DNA of 59,356 bases from Planctomycetales bacterium (GCA_030592655.1 JAUVIQ010000001.1:1-59356); one strand, 5' to 3'; counted from the first letter of the stretch, positions 30,034-39,900 are shown. The notes: generated by a model not told the origin, from the sequence alone. Numbers and translations: made by a program.

Positions 30034-31719
30034 ATGACAAAACATCGGTCTTTTCTATTATGTTGTCTTATGGCAACGGGCGTTCTTGCGCCGGCGACTG
30101 CAAAGGCGCTTAGGCCGGAGGAAGTCCTGGTTGTAACCAACGCCAACGCCAGAGGTTCGGAAAAACTGGGCAAATACTACTGCCTGGCCCGCAACATTCT
30201 CCCGAAACGAATGGTCGCCCTGAAGACCACCGCCGGGGCGATCGCCTCACGCAGGGAATACAACGACAACATCCGCGACCCGCTGCGAGAGTTCCTCACA
30301 CGAAACAAACTCAAGGGACAGATAAAGTGCATCGTGCTGATGTGGGGCGTACCGGTCCGCGTCCTCGGAACAAAAATGACCAAAGAGCAACAAGAACTCA
30401 TCTCCACATATAAATCCGTCCGAACGCGGCTCCACGGACGACTGGCGGTCAACGCCGAATTAATCAAGACCATCGGAAGGGATTTCCCGGTTCAGCGAAC
30501 AAAAACGCTTCGCCCGGTCGGGGCCTTGTTCGCGCCGCGTGCAGCCGAGAGACTCGACAACCCGCCGGCCTTTGCGAAACTCAAGCGAACCTTCGATAGC
30601 GAATTAAAGAAAAAACATACCGAGGTCAAAAAACTGACCGACAGAAAAAAACGCCGCATCGCCCTGCGACAGATCGCATCGCTTCAACTGGACACATACG
30701 GTGCAAGTCGCTGGTTGAAAAAAACGCCGGATGAATCAATCGTCAGCGGTACGGAGAAGGACCAGATAAAGCGGGAGAAGACGGCGGACAATGCCGAACT
30801 GGCCCGCTTGAAGGCCTCGGACGAAACTCCCAAAACAGCCCGCAGGATTACCGAATTGCTGGTTCGGACTCGCGGAATCAGCAACGCATACTCACACTGC
30901 GACAAGAGAATCAAGGCCGTTAACACCGATGTCGAAGACGCCTCGGTCGATAGCGAACTGGCGCTGCTTTGGGAACAGGGAAATCATTCGCTTCGCAACT
31001 GGAGGCCCAATCCGATGAACTGGCGAGTGGCGAATGCGACCAAACGCCCGCGCAACACGCCGGCCGAGATAATCATGACCGCGCGTATCGACGGGCCTTC
31101 CGCCGCCGACGCGCTCCGCATAATCAAAGATTCAATCGAGACCGAAAAGGTCGGCTTGAAGGGGAAGTTTTACATCGACGCCGGCGGGAAATATCCGCCC
31201 TACGACAAACACCTGAAGATTCTGGCAAAGATCGTCAAAAAGCACACAAAAATCCCCGTCGTGCTGGACACGAAGAAGGCGTTATTCGCTCGCGGCAAGT
31301 GTCCCGACGCGGCCTTGTACGTCGGATGGTACAGCCTGCGGAAATACATACCGGCGTTCAAGTGGTCTCGCGGCGCGGTCGCCTGGCACATTGCCAGTTT
31401 CGAGGCCCATCATTTACGCACGCCGACAGTCAACGAATGGTGCGTCAAGATGCTCCAGAACGGCGTCGCCGCAACGGTCGGAGCCGTCAACGAACCGTAC
31501 CTCCACGCCTTCCCCCTGCCGGAGGATTTCTTCAGCCTGCTGCTGACCGGAAACTTCACACTGGCGGAATGCTACTGGCGAACGATCCCGTCGGTGAGTT
31601 GGCGGATTACATTCATCGCCGACCCGCTGTATAATCCATTCAAGTTGCATCCGCAATTTTCAATGTACGCCCTGCCGGCGGCACTCACAGGACGAGCCGT
31701 AAAATCGAAAACCAAATAA
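30034..31719 (+). CDS. secreted hypothetical protein (possibly TIGR03790-like)
   Basis: Signal peptide followed by LRPEEVLVVTNANARGSEKLGKYYCLARNI. The family is recalled from memory and not verified. The start is set to the ATG at 30034 (the ORF track starts at the GTG at 30022). Confidence 0.45.
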   Translation: MTKHRSFLLCCLMATGVLAPATAKALRPEEVLVVTNANARGSEKLGKYYCLARNILPKRMVALKTTAGAIASRREYNDNIRDPLREFLTRNKLKGQIKCIVLMWGVPVRVLGTKMTKEQQELISTYKSVRTRLHGRLAVNAELIKTIGRDFPVQRTKTLRPVGALFAPRAAERLDNPPAFAKLKRTFDSELKKKHTEVKKLTDRKKRRIALRQIASLQLDTYGASRWLKKTPDESIVSGTEKDQIKREKTADNAELARLKASDETPKTARRITELLVRTRGISNAYSHCDKRIKAVNTDVEDASVDSELALLWEQGNHSLRNWRPNPMNWRVANATKRPRNTPAEIIMTARIDGPSAADALRIIKDSIETEKVGLKGKFYIDAGGKYPPYDKHLKILAKIVKKHTKIPVVLDTKKALFARGKCPDAALYVGWYSLRKYIPAFKWSRGAVAWHIASFEAHHLRTPTVNEWCVKMLQNGVAATVGAVNEPYLHAFPLPEDFFSLLLTGNFTLAECYWRTIPSVSWRITFIADPLYNPFKLHPQFSMYALPAALTGRAVKSKTK

Positions 31720-31746
31720 TCATCTGTCAGGCCGAAAAGGAATGAT

Positions 31747-32595
31747 ATGGGCAAGACATCCGCATACAAAGACTTTACAAGGCGATTGACCCTTCTTGTA
31801 AGCAAGCACCCCGATTTGATCACCACTACGTTAAGCAACATCTTCACGATGCGCCTTATTGGAAATAAAACACACGGCGATCTTGCTGAAATTGCCATTG
31901 CAGAGTTTATCAATCAGTATATGTATGATTTCCGGTCGATACACGTCGGTAAGGACCTATATCGAGCCAAATCACACGAAGAGGATATAAAGATCGTCAA
32001 CGAAATCACAGAAGCCGAATTTCCTGTGAGCCTCAAGGCTTATGGTGACGGCCCACTTCAGTTGTCAACGGACAAAAACTTTCGCATGTTTCCCCGCTTG
32101 GAGCAAGAGAAGGGAGTTGTTCAAAATCGAAAAAAGATACAAAGGATTTTCGCGGATCCGGCCTTTACCGATTTCGGCGAGATTAATGTACTGCCACTGA
32201 TATACGACGAGAAAAAACTACGTTGTAACATTTTCGTTTTTGATTATGATCGCGCAAAGCGTCGCACCGTTCGTATCGCACGAGAAGAGGCGGGAAGAGG
32301 GAGAAAACATCCTGTTTACCGTTTTTACGACAGTGACGGCGATTACATATGCGAAGTCCGATACGGTGATGCTGCTGCAAACGCGCTCCAGCGTGGACTG
32401 TGGACACACACAAAGAACGGGCTGAAGTACTTCGACAGTATCACGAATGGGTGGATTGACTATTCGCACAATCTTGTTCTGGTTAAACTGTTTTCTCATG
32501 CACTGGTTTCTTCGCAAGCCGGGCACTCGTCCGCGCTTGAAAAGATCAAGGAAGACATCGCTCTTCTGAAACAACGGTCTGGTTTGAAGCAATAA
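31747..32595 (+). CDS. putative type II restriction endonuclease
   Basis: It lies immediately upstream of a DNA methyltransferase, with a TAATG junction. It is AT-richer and has a possible PD-(D/E)XK-like string (HEEDIKIV...VSLKAYG). No family is recognised. Confidence 0.5.
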   Translation: MGKTSAYKDFTRRLTLLVSKHPDLITTTLSNIFTMRLIGNKTHGDLAEIAIAEFINQYMYDFRSIHVGKDLYRAKSHEEDIKIVNEITEAEFPVSLKAYGDGPLQLSTDKNFRMFPRLEQEKGVVQNRKKIQRIFADPAFTDFGEINVLPLIYDEKKLRCNIFVFDYDRAKRRTVRIAREEAGRGRKHPVYRFYDSDGDYICEVRYGDAAANALQRGLWTHTKNGLKYFDSITNGWIDYSHNLVLVKLFSHALVSSQAGHSSALEKIKEDIALLKQRSGLKQ

Positions 32596-33728
32596 TGGAA
32601 ACGATCTCGTTATTCAGCGACGTTGTTGTCGATGCTCCTCGTACGGAGGGCATCAAATATACGGGGTCCAAGCTGAAACTCCTTCCCCATATACTCCGAT
32701 TAGCAAGGCAAGTTGATGCCAAGACTGTATTGGACGGTTTCTCCGGCAGCACGAGGGTCTCGCAAGCATTCGCCAAAAGTGGATATCGAGTTCTGTGTAA
32801 TGACATATCCGTTTGGTCTAACGTCTTCGGTACTTGCTACCTTCTCAACGACAAGGGACGCGGAGCATATCAGGGTCTGATCGATCACCTGAATTCATTG
32901 CCGCCCATTGACGGATGGTTCACGGAGAACTACGGTGGCTGGCCCAATGGGGGCTGCGCGGTTCAAGCGGATGGACTTAAGAAACCCTGGCAAATTCACA
33001 ACACGAGAAAACTCGACGCCATAAGACAGGAAATCGAGAACCTCGCCCTCCCGACCGTGGAAAGGGCCGTTGCCTTGACCAGCCTGATCCTCGCTCTTGA
33101 CAAGGTGGACAGCACCCTTGGGCACTTCGTATCTTACCTCAAGGATTGGTCGCCAAGATCGTCAAACGATCTCGTTCTCAAGACACCGAGTGTCTTTGTT
33201 ACCGAGGAAGAGCACCAGGTCTTTCGGCGAGATATTTTCGATCTTGTACCTGACACGCCTGTGGACCTGGCGTATTTTGACCCGCCTTACGGTTCAAATA
33301 ATGAGAAGATGCCTCCCTCACGAGTAAGGTATGCTTCATATTACCACCTGTGGACCACAATATGCCTTTATGACAACCCTGAATTATTCGGTAAGGCCAA
33401 ACGAAGAAAAGACACTTCAGATAGGGTGGCAACCTCTGTATTTGAAGAATTCCGGCGGAATGATAATGGACGGTTTGTCGTCGTGGAAGCCATTGAACGA
33501 CTGATTCGTTCCGCAAAGGCCCGCTGGATTATACTTTCATACAGTTCAGGAGGGAGAGCCACCGCAGATGAATTGAACCAGGTGCTGACAGACAGCGGCA
33601 AACTCCTGGAAGTCGTGGAAGTTGACTACAAAAAGAATGTAATGGCCGGAATGAAATGGACAAATGAGTGGATTTGTGAGGCTGATGAACCCAATCGCGA
33701 GTTCCTCTTCCTTATCGAGAAACGATGA
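32595..33728 (+). CDS. DNA N6-adenine methyltransferase (DPPY type, Dam/D12-like motif order)
   Basis: YTGSKLKLLPHI, DGFSGSTRV (SAM-binding loop) and AYFDPPYG (catalytic motif IV). Confidence 0.8.
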   Translation: METISLFSDVVVDAPRTEGIKYTGSKLKLLPHILRLARQVDAKTVLDGFSGSTRVSQAFAKSGYRVLCNDISVWSNVFGTCYLLNDKGRGAYQGLIDHLNSLPPIDGWFTENYGGWPNGGCAVQADGLKKPWQIHNTRKLDAIRQEIENLALPTVERAVALTSLILALDKVDSTLGHFVSYLKDWSPRSSNDLVLKTPSVFVTEEEHQVFRRDIFDLVPDTPVDLAYFDPPYGSNNEKMPPSRVRYASYYHLWTTICLYDNPELFGKAKRRKDTSDRVATSVFEEFRRNDNGRFVVVEAIERLIRSAKARWIILSYSSGGRATADELNQVLTDSGKLLEVVEVDYKKNVMAGMKWTNEWICEADEPNREFLFLIEKR

Positions 33729-34804
33729 AAAAATCGAAGGAAAATCAAATTGAGTTATTTGTACCGGGGCGAGTATGCCTGCTTGGCGAGCACGCCGACT
33801 GGGCGGGTCAGTATGGCCGACACGTCGGATACTGCCTGGTCATCGGGACCGACCAGGGTATCGGCGCTACAGCGTTACCGGCGGACGAACTGATCGTCGA
33901 GACCCCTCTGCCTACACCGGACGGACGACCCTCCGGACGGCATCGCCGTATCCGATGCCGGCTGGAACCGGCGGACCTCCTGTCCGCTGCCACCGACAGC
34001 AGCGAGTTCTTCCGCCACTGCGCGGGCGTCGCACACGAGGTAATCAAACACTACAACGTCGGCGGAATCGAACTGAACATCCATAAAATGGACCTTCCGC
34101 TGAAAAAAGGCGTTTCCTCGTCGGCGGCTGTCTGCATCACCGTAGCCAAGGCGTTCGACGCCGTCTATGGTCTGAACCTCTTCCCGCACGAACTGATGGA
34201 CCTCGCCTATCGAGGCGAACGACTGACCGGAAGCCAGTGCGGAAGGATGGACCAGGCGTGCATCTTCGGAAAGACGCCGGTGCTGCTGAGTTTCACCGGC
34301 CCGGACGACGTGCGTATCGAACCGATCTTCCCGGAAGGGCTGATCGAGATGTTCATCGTCGATCTTTCCGGTGAAAAGGACACCGTTAAGATTCTGGCCG
34401 ACCTCCAGGGCGCTTACGCCGACAACGCCGACCTCCGCGACGCTCTTGGGGCAGACAACGAAACAGTCGTCCGTCGGGGGTGCGGTGCGATGGCCCGCGG
34501 CGATGCCGCCCAACTCGGCGAAATAATGACGGCAGCCCAGAAAAACTTCGACGCGAAAGTCGCACCGTCCTGCCCGGAACAACTCGCCGGCCCGCTACTT
34601 CACAAAGTCCTGTCATCCGAAAACATCGCCGAGCACATCTACGGCGGAAAAGGCGTCGGAAGCCAGGGCGACGGGACCGCCCAATTGGTGGCACGCTCGC
34701 CGCAAGACCGCGATGAGGCAATGAAAAAAATCACAACAGAATTCCCCGAGATGCGATGCTTCCCTTTGACAATTCGTCCACATTTGCCGCTTTCGCCCGT
34801 ATAA
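33725..34804 (+). CDS. GHMP-family sugar/metabolite kinase
   Basis: PGRVCLLGEHADW (motif I) and LPLKKGVSSSAAVCITVAKA (motif II). There is an ATGA overlap with the methyltransferase gene. Confidence 0.8.
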   Translation: MKKSKENQIELFVPGRVCLLGEHADWAGQYGRHVGYCLVIGTDQGIGATALPADELIVETPLPTPDGRPSGRHRRIRCRLEPADLLSAATDSSEFFRHCAGVAHEVIKHYNVGGIELNIHKMDLPLKKGVSSSAAVCITVAKAFDAVYGLNLFPHELMDLAYRGERLTGSQCGRMDQACIFGKTPVLLSFTGPDDVRIEPIFPEGLIEMFIVDLSGEKDTVKILADLQGAYADNADLRDALGADNETVVRRGCGAMARGDAAQLGEIMTAAQKNFDAKVAPSCPEQLAGPLLHKVLSSENIAEHIYGGKGVGSQGDGTAQLVARSPQDRDEAMKKITTEFPEMRCFPLTIRPHLPLSPV

Positions 34805-34843
34805 GTCATAGGTTATAATACCCAAGACAAGAGAAGTAAGGCA

Positions 34844-35035
34844 ATGCCGATAAAGGTCAGGGATACTATCAGGATGATTGAAAAAGACGGCTGGTACCTT
34901 GTCCCCGCTAGAGGCGGGCATAGGCAATACAAACATCCGACCAAGCGAGGCAGGGTTACTATCCCCGGCAAAGCCGGTAAAGATGTACCTCCCGGAACGT
35001 TGAACAGCATACTGAAACAGGCTGGTCTGAAATGA
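34844..35035 (+). CDS. hicA: type II toxin HicA (second copy)
   Basis: GGHRQYKHP and ...LNSILKQAGLK. It is clearly a paralogue of 5011-5196. Confidence 0.85.
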   Translation: MPIKVRDTIRMIEKDGWYLVPARGGHRQYKHPTKRGRVTIPGKAGKDVPPGTLNSILKQAGLK

Positions 35036-35067
35036 TCGTCATATTATAAAAAACGGCGAGATAAACC

Positions 35068-35307
35068 ATGGAACATGAACATAAATATCTGGAGTACCTG
35101 GTGGTGATCGAGCGTGCCGACGACGGTAGTTACAGCGCTTACGTGCCCGACCTGCCGGGATGTGTTGCCTGTGGACAGGATACGCCCGAACAGGCCAAGG
35201 AATTAATCCGCGAAGCAATCGATATCCATATTCAGGGTATGATCGAAGATGGCGATCCGGTTCCCGAACCGGTCTCGAAGGCCGAATATGTCAGCGCCTC
35301 AGCGTAA
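35068..35307 (+). CDS. hicB: type II antitoxin HicB, short form (second copy)
   Basis: YSAYVPDLPGCVACGQDTPEQAKELIREAIDIHI. It is a paralogue of 5193-5438. Confidence 0.8.
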   Translation: MEHEHKYLEYLVVIERADDGSYSAYVPDLPGCVACGQDTPEQAKELIREAIDIHIQGMIEDGDPVPEPVSKAEYVSASA

Positions 35308-35379
35308 AGACGATCCGGCGGCAACTATTCCATCACGTCAACACAACAGGCCTGACCCTTCTTCTACGGAGTTTGAATC

Positions 35380-35466
35380 GTGAATTTACGTAACCCCTTC
35401 ACCCCGCCGGGCAAGTGGTACAAGGCCAATTTCCACACTCACACGACGACCTCTGACAGGCTGTAA
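35380..35466 (+). pseudogene. remnant of a PHP-domain (polymerase/histidinol phosphatase-like) gene
   Basis: A GTG-initiated 28-codon ORF, NLRNPFTPPGKWYKANFHTHTTTSD, then a stop. The HTHT..SD string is the first metal-binding motif of PHP domains. An in-frame tail (VVVDHTGKKAWTNPIVL) follows the stop. Confidence 0.4.
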
Positions 35467-35579
35467 AGCCGCGTCGTCGTCGATCACACCGGAAAGAAGG
35501 CCTGGACCAACCCCATTGTCCTGTGAGGATTAAATGCAAAAACATCGTCGTAACGGTAGAATGTTTTAACCTAGTTGGT

Positions 35580-37643
35580 ATGAACGGAATCAAGATGTCC
35601 CCAAATAAGGTCAATCAAATCGACAAACTTGCCTCCATAATCGTTGACTGTCGCGACGGCGGGGATGAATTGCTTTCGCGCGAGTGGCTTATCACCAACA
35701 AACTCGGTGCGTATTGTTCTTCGACGATTTCAGGCTGCAATACCCGGCGGTATCACGGGTTGCTTGTGGCGGCGACAATTCCTCCGCTCGGAAAGGTCGT
35801 CGCGCTGAACTACCTGATGGACGAGTTGGTCCTTTCGGACGATTCCGGCAGCGAGAAGGTTTTCGACCTGGCGGCGTTCGAGTTTGACGCGGAGTTCTCG
35901 CCGGACGGGCGGGCGAACCTTCTCGAATTCCGCAACGACCTTGCCGCGACGTTCCTTTATCGATGCGGGAAGACCGAGATACTCAAGGAAATCATCCTCG
36001 CCGAATCCGTCAACGCGGTGGCCGTTCGCTATACGCTTGTCGCAGGCTCCGGTGGGACGCTGCGTCTCAAGCCGTTCGTTTCGCTGCGGGATTTCCACGC
36101 TCTTCGCTGTGCCGAGGAGTCGCCGCAACTGACCTACCTTCACTATCACGACGGTATCGGCATCGAAGACTGCATGAGCAATGCCGGCGCGTTGCATGTT
36201 TCCGTCAGCAGTTCCGCCGGTCCGGTCGGGGCGATACCCGGACAATTCCATCCCGATCCGCAGTGGTGGTATCGTTTTCGTTACCGCTATGATATTGCTC
36301 GCAGGCAGGAAGGATACGAAGACCTTTACACGCCCGGATGGTTCCAGGCCGGTCTGGCCGAAGGCGGCGCGGTGCAGTTCACCGCCTCGCTTCCCGAATC
36401 GGTGAAAATTGATTTTGACGCCGCCGTTGAGCGGAAGCGTCGAAGGATTGAGCGGCTCGTCGAGTCCGTCGGAGATAACGCCGACGAGGCATCGCGTCGT
36501 CTCGCTGCGGCCGGCGACGTCTTTATAGTTTCGCGGTCGCACGGCCGGCCCGCCCGAACCGACAGCACCATCATCGCCGGTTATCCCTGGTTCGCAGACT
36601 GGGGAAGAGACGCCATGATTTCCATTCCCGGCCTGATGCTGGAGACAAGGCAATACGAATCCGCCCTCGGCGTGCTGCGGACTTTCGCCGAGGCCGTGAA
36701 CGAAGGGATGGTCCCCAACTGCTTCGACGATTACGGCGGCGGGTCTCACTACAACAGTATCGACGCGTCGTTGTGGTTTATTATTGCCGCCGACCGCTAC
36801 GTCCGCACCACCGGCGACGAGGCCTCATGGCAAAGTACACTCGCCGAACCGGTCGAAGAAATCCTGCTGGCCTACCGCGACGGAACCCGCTTCGGTATCG
36901 GCGCTGAAACCGACGGACTACTGAGCGGCGGGGACGCCCAAACGCAACTTACCTGGATGGACGCGAAAGTCGATGACCGCGCCGTTACGCCGCGATGGGG
37001 AAAGTGTGTCGAGATTAACGCCCTCTGGCATGAAGCATTGCGAATAGCATCGGAACGATCCGGGCACCATGATCGCGTGCTTCTCTTCTCGGCGCTCGCC
37101 GATCGCGTAGCCGAGGCCTTCGAGCAGACATTCTGGAACGAACGGTCAGGCTGCCTCTACGATTGCGTCAACGACGACGGTAAAGACGCCTCGGTCCGCC
37201 CGAATCAGATATTCGCCGTCTCCGGACGCCACTGCCTCCTTCCGCCCGAAAAACAACGGTCGATTGTCCAGGTCGTCCGGGCTGAACTTCTGACGCCGTT
37301 CGGCCTGCGAACACTTTCACCGAACGATCCGAATTACAGGGGTCGATATGACGCCGACGATGCAGCGTACCATCAGGGAACGGTCTGGCCTTGGCTGATG
37401 GGACCGTTCATCGAGGCGTACCTGAAGGTCAATAATTTCTCACCGGTTTCGCTGGACCAGGCCCGGAATTGGATGGCGGCGTTCGACGGACATTTTTCCC
37501 GGGCCGGTATCGGGTTCGTCTCCGAAGTCTTCGACGGCGACCCGCCTTACGAACCGGGCGGGTGCATCGCGCAGGCGTGGTCGATAGCCGAACTCCTGCG
37601 AGTGAAACAACTGATCGCCCGCTGCCGCATCGACAACCGATAA
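35580..37643 (+). CDS. glycogen debranching enzyme (amylo-alpha-1,6-glucosidase, archaeal type)
   Basis: N-terminal REWLITNKLGAYCSSTISGCNTRRYHGLLV and catalytic-domain GYPWFADWGRDAMISIPGL. The start is ambiguous (35523, 35580 or 35595). Confidence 0.85.
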   Translation: MNGIKMSPNKVNQIDKLASIIVDCRDGGDELLSREWLITNKLGAYCSSTISGCNTRRYHGLLVAATIPPLGKVVALNYLMDELVLSDDSGSEKVFDLAAFEFDAEFSPDGRANLLEFRNDLAATFLYRCGKTEILKEIILAESVNAVAVRYTLVAGSGGTLRLKPFVSLRDFHALRCAEESPQLTYLHYHDGIGIEDCMSNAGALHVSVSSSAGPVGAIPGQFHPDPQWWYRFRYRYDIARRQEGYEDLYTPGWFQAGLAEGGAVQFTASLPESVKIDFDAAVERKRRRIERLVESVGDNADEASRRLAAAGDVFIVSRSHGRPARTDSTIIAGYPWFADWGRDAMISIPGLMLETRQYESALGVLRTFAEAVNEGMVPNCFDDYGGGSHYNSIDASLWFIIAADRYVRTTGDEASWQSTLAEPVEEILLAYRDGTRFGIGAETDGLLSGGDAQTQLTWMDAKVDDRAVTPRWGKCVEINALWHEALRIASERSGHHDRVLLFSALADRVAEAFEQTFWNERSGCLYDCVNDDGKDASVRPNQIFAVSGRHCLLPPEKQRSIVQVVRAELLTPFGLRTLSPNDPNYRGRYDADDAAYHQGTVWPWLMGPFIEAYLKVNNFSPVSLDQARNWMAAFDGHFSRAGIGFVSEVFDGDPPYEPGGCIAQAWSIAELLRVKQLIARCRIDNR

Positions 37644-37698
37644 ACGGATTTTCTACCACGACTTGTCGTTTAGCGACGTTTCTTCCATAATATAAACC

Positions 37699-38895
37699 GT
37701 GAAACAATTGCGCGTTATCCTGACGTTGATTCTTTTCGCCACCGGCGGCGCTTCGGCGGAGATAACCGCTTCGCTGGAGGTCTCAACGCAACAGGACGCC
37801 TCCGATAAAGCATATCGACGGGCGGAACTGACGATTAACAACTCGGCCGACGCTGCCGTTGAATCCGTCCTGCTCAAACCTGCCGGCGTCGGACTGACGG
37901 TTCGATACAAACTGACCGTCCCGCCGGGATCGACCGGTAAGCAGACCGTCGCGCTGCCGGCTGTCTCGCCCGTACAGGAATACGCCCTGACCGCGCTGGA
38001 CGCATCCGGCGAGACCATCGAGAAGGTTTCGGTTCCGATAACCTGGCCTGCGGAACTGGTTTCGGCCGACGCCTTCATCGACGACGCATTCGGAAAATGG
38101 ATCGACGAACCCGCTCGCCCGCCTGCGAAAACCCGCCGGAATTACCTGCTTGTCCTGGCGATGTTCGTAACGGCAGCGGCTGCGACGCTGTTTATCCGCA
38201 GACCGCTGCTTCGGGTCGGCGCTGTGGTAGTCCTGGTCGGTGGGGCAGCGGCGTTGTTACTGTTCGTCTATTTACCACGCGGGCCTGAGGATGTGCGGGT
38301 TCGTCGTTATGAGTTATTTCTGCACGACGGTATCGGCGGACTTGAATCCGACTCGTTCACGGTGTGCTCTTCCATGCGGACGAGACAGTGTTCCTACGTT
38401 ACCCGTCCCCAGGCGCCTCATCCGGTCTGGCTCGACCGCAAAGACGCCGCGAATGACGATGTCGTGGTGGAACCTGCTGACGGTACGATCCATCTGACGC
38501 TCCGTCCGGGATGGGTACGCGTTATCCGACCCGCCTGGCGAACAGGTCCAGAGGTGGAATTGCCCCCGCGACGTGGAAGCGCGCGGCGGACCGACGACGG
38601 CTTTACAATCGAGGCCGATTTTATTCACCAGGATTCATTGCTGATTCGCGGCGGTTCGGTCTGGGTTATCGACCCGGTTTCCGAGGGGCCGAAAGTTTCA
38701 GTTCGCAGCGACAAGGCACAATCTTACGGGGCGTTTATGAGCAGCGAGGGCGGGAAGTTACTCGACCGTAACACCCGCCGATTACTGGATTACTGGCGAA
38801 AGAAGCACCGGAAGGCAAAAGAATTCTACCTCATCGAATCGCACAGCGACGACGACAGCGTTCGCATGGAAGTTCTGCTGCTACCTTTGCGATAG
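37699..38895 (+). CDS. hypothetical exported/membrane protein
   Basis: GTG start, a signal peptide and two central hydrophobic segments. Its 3' end overlaps the convergent gene by 15 nt. Confidence 0.4.
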   Translation: MKQLRVILTLILFATGGASAEITASLEVSTQQDASDKAYRRAELTINNSADAAVESVLLKPAGVGLTVRYKLTVPPGSTGKQTVALPAVSPVQEYALTALDASGETIEKVSVPITWPAELVSADAFIDDAFGKWIDEPARPPAKTRRNYLLVLAMFVTAAAATLFIRRPLLRVGAVVVLVGGAAALLLFVYLPRGPEDVRVRRYELFLHDGIGGLESDSFTVCSSMRTRQCSYVTRPQAPHPVWLDRKDAANDDVVVEPADGTIHLTLRPGWVRVIRPAWRTGPEVELPPRRGSARRTDDGFTIEADFIHQDSLLIRGGSVWVIDPVSEGPKVSVRSDKAQSYGAFMSSEGGKLLDRNTRRLLDYWRKKHRKAKEFYLIESHSDDDSVRMEVLLLPLR

Positions 38896-39900
38896 TGCCC
38901 CGGTAGGGCATGCGGCGGCGCACTGCAAGGCGGTGGTCTTGAGACCTTCGGCTATGGAGCGGTCGAACGGTACAGTTACACGCACGTCAAATCCCCGCCC
39001 GATAAACGTCAGGCCCAGTTCCTCGCGGGCGTCTTCGGCGATTCGGACGCACAGGCCACAGGCGATGCACTTTCCCGGTTCGTAGATTACGTCGGGATGC
39101 TCGCGGTTTTGCACAAACGACCTCCGCTCGCCTTTATATCGCCTGGCCTTTGCGCCGTAGAGTTCGGCATAATAGCGGAGTTTGCAGGCGTCGGCCTTTC
39201 GGCAGTCGCAATGCATACAGCGGCGCGCTTCGTCGCGGGCCTGGTCTTCGGTCAGGCCGTCGTCGGACGGTTCGATTCGTCCGCCTCGATTCGTGCCGGC
39301 GAGGAATTGCTCGATTTCGCCTTCTTGCAATCGTCCGATGTGGACTGAAAACCGGCGGCGATTGTCCGGCCCTGAAGGTTGGACGACCAGGCCGGCAGCG
39401 GCTGCATATTGCATCAGGGCGCGGATTGAAACCGGCGAATCGAATTGTTTCCGTCGGCAGGCGCGCTCGCACGGAGCGGGGCAATCGTCGCAGGGGATTT
39501 CCGAAGCGCCGTCAGCGTCGCCGGTTTGGCCGGCTGCTATCTGCCGGAGCACAAGTGGGATGTTCAAGCCGGCGGGGCAAGCGCTTTGGCAGGTCGCTAC
39601 GCAGTCGCCGAGATGGTCGCTCAGCAGCAGTTCCAGCGCGTCTGTCCGTGCTGTGCGGATTTCGTCGGTATCGGTTTGGACCTTCATACCATCCCGAGCC
39701 AGAGTCGCGCAGGCCGGAACCAGGCCGGCGAGACCCTCAACCTTCACCACGCAGAGCATGCACGAAGCGTTCGCCCGGACGCCTTCGAGGAAGCACATCG
39801 TGGGAATCTCGATTCGGAGTTTTTTGGCGGCATCGAGGATCGTCTCGCCGTCGGCGACTTCCACCTTGCGATTGTCTATCATCAGATGCGGCATATTCAT
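38881..39900 (-). CDS. NuoG/HydA-N-terminal-like iron-sulfur protein (2Fe-2S plus 4Fe-4S domains, no catalytic domain)
   Basis: N-terminal 2Fe-2S ferredoxin pattern (IDNRKVEVADGETILDAAKKLRIEIPTMC...C..C...C). CMHCDCRKADACKLRYYAELYG resembles the N5-type cluster motif. CIACGLCVRI...CAAACPTGAL is 4Fe-4S. The protein ends after about 339 aa. Confidence 0.7.
   Translation of the reverse strand: MNMPHLMIDNRKVEVADGETILDAAKKLRIEIPTMCFLEGVRANASCMLCVVKVEGLAGLVPACATLARDGMKVQTDTDEIRTARTDALELLLSDHLGDCVATCQSACPAGLNIPLVLRQIAAGQTGDADGASEIPCDDCPAPCERACRRKQFDSPVSIRALMQYAAAAGLVVQPSGPDNRRRFSVHIGRLQEGEIEQFLAGTNRGGRIEPSDDGLTEDQARDEARRCMHCDCRKADACKLRYYAELYGAKARRYKGERRSFVQNREHPDVIYEPGKCIACGLCVRIAEDAREELGLTFIGRGFDVRVTVPFDRSIAEGLKTTALQCAAACPTGALSQR

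Noticed and set aside
33725-34804. GHMP kinase as a functional third gene of the R-M cassette (DNA or sugar hypermodification)
   Set aside because: Beyond its first roughly 13 codons the gene has the GC-rich composition of the host, unlike the R and M genes. Coupling created by the insertion is the simpler explanation. This is left as an open alternative in the findings.
35730-36749. 339-aa minus-strand ORF
   Set aside because: It is antisense to the glycogen debranching enzyme gene, which has strong family motifs.
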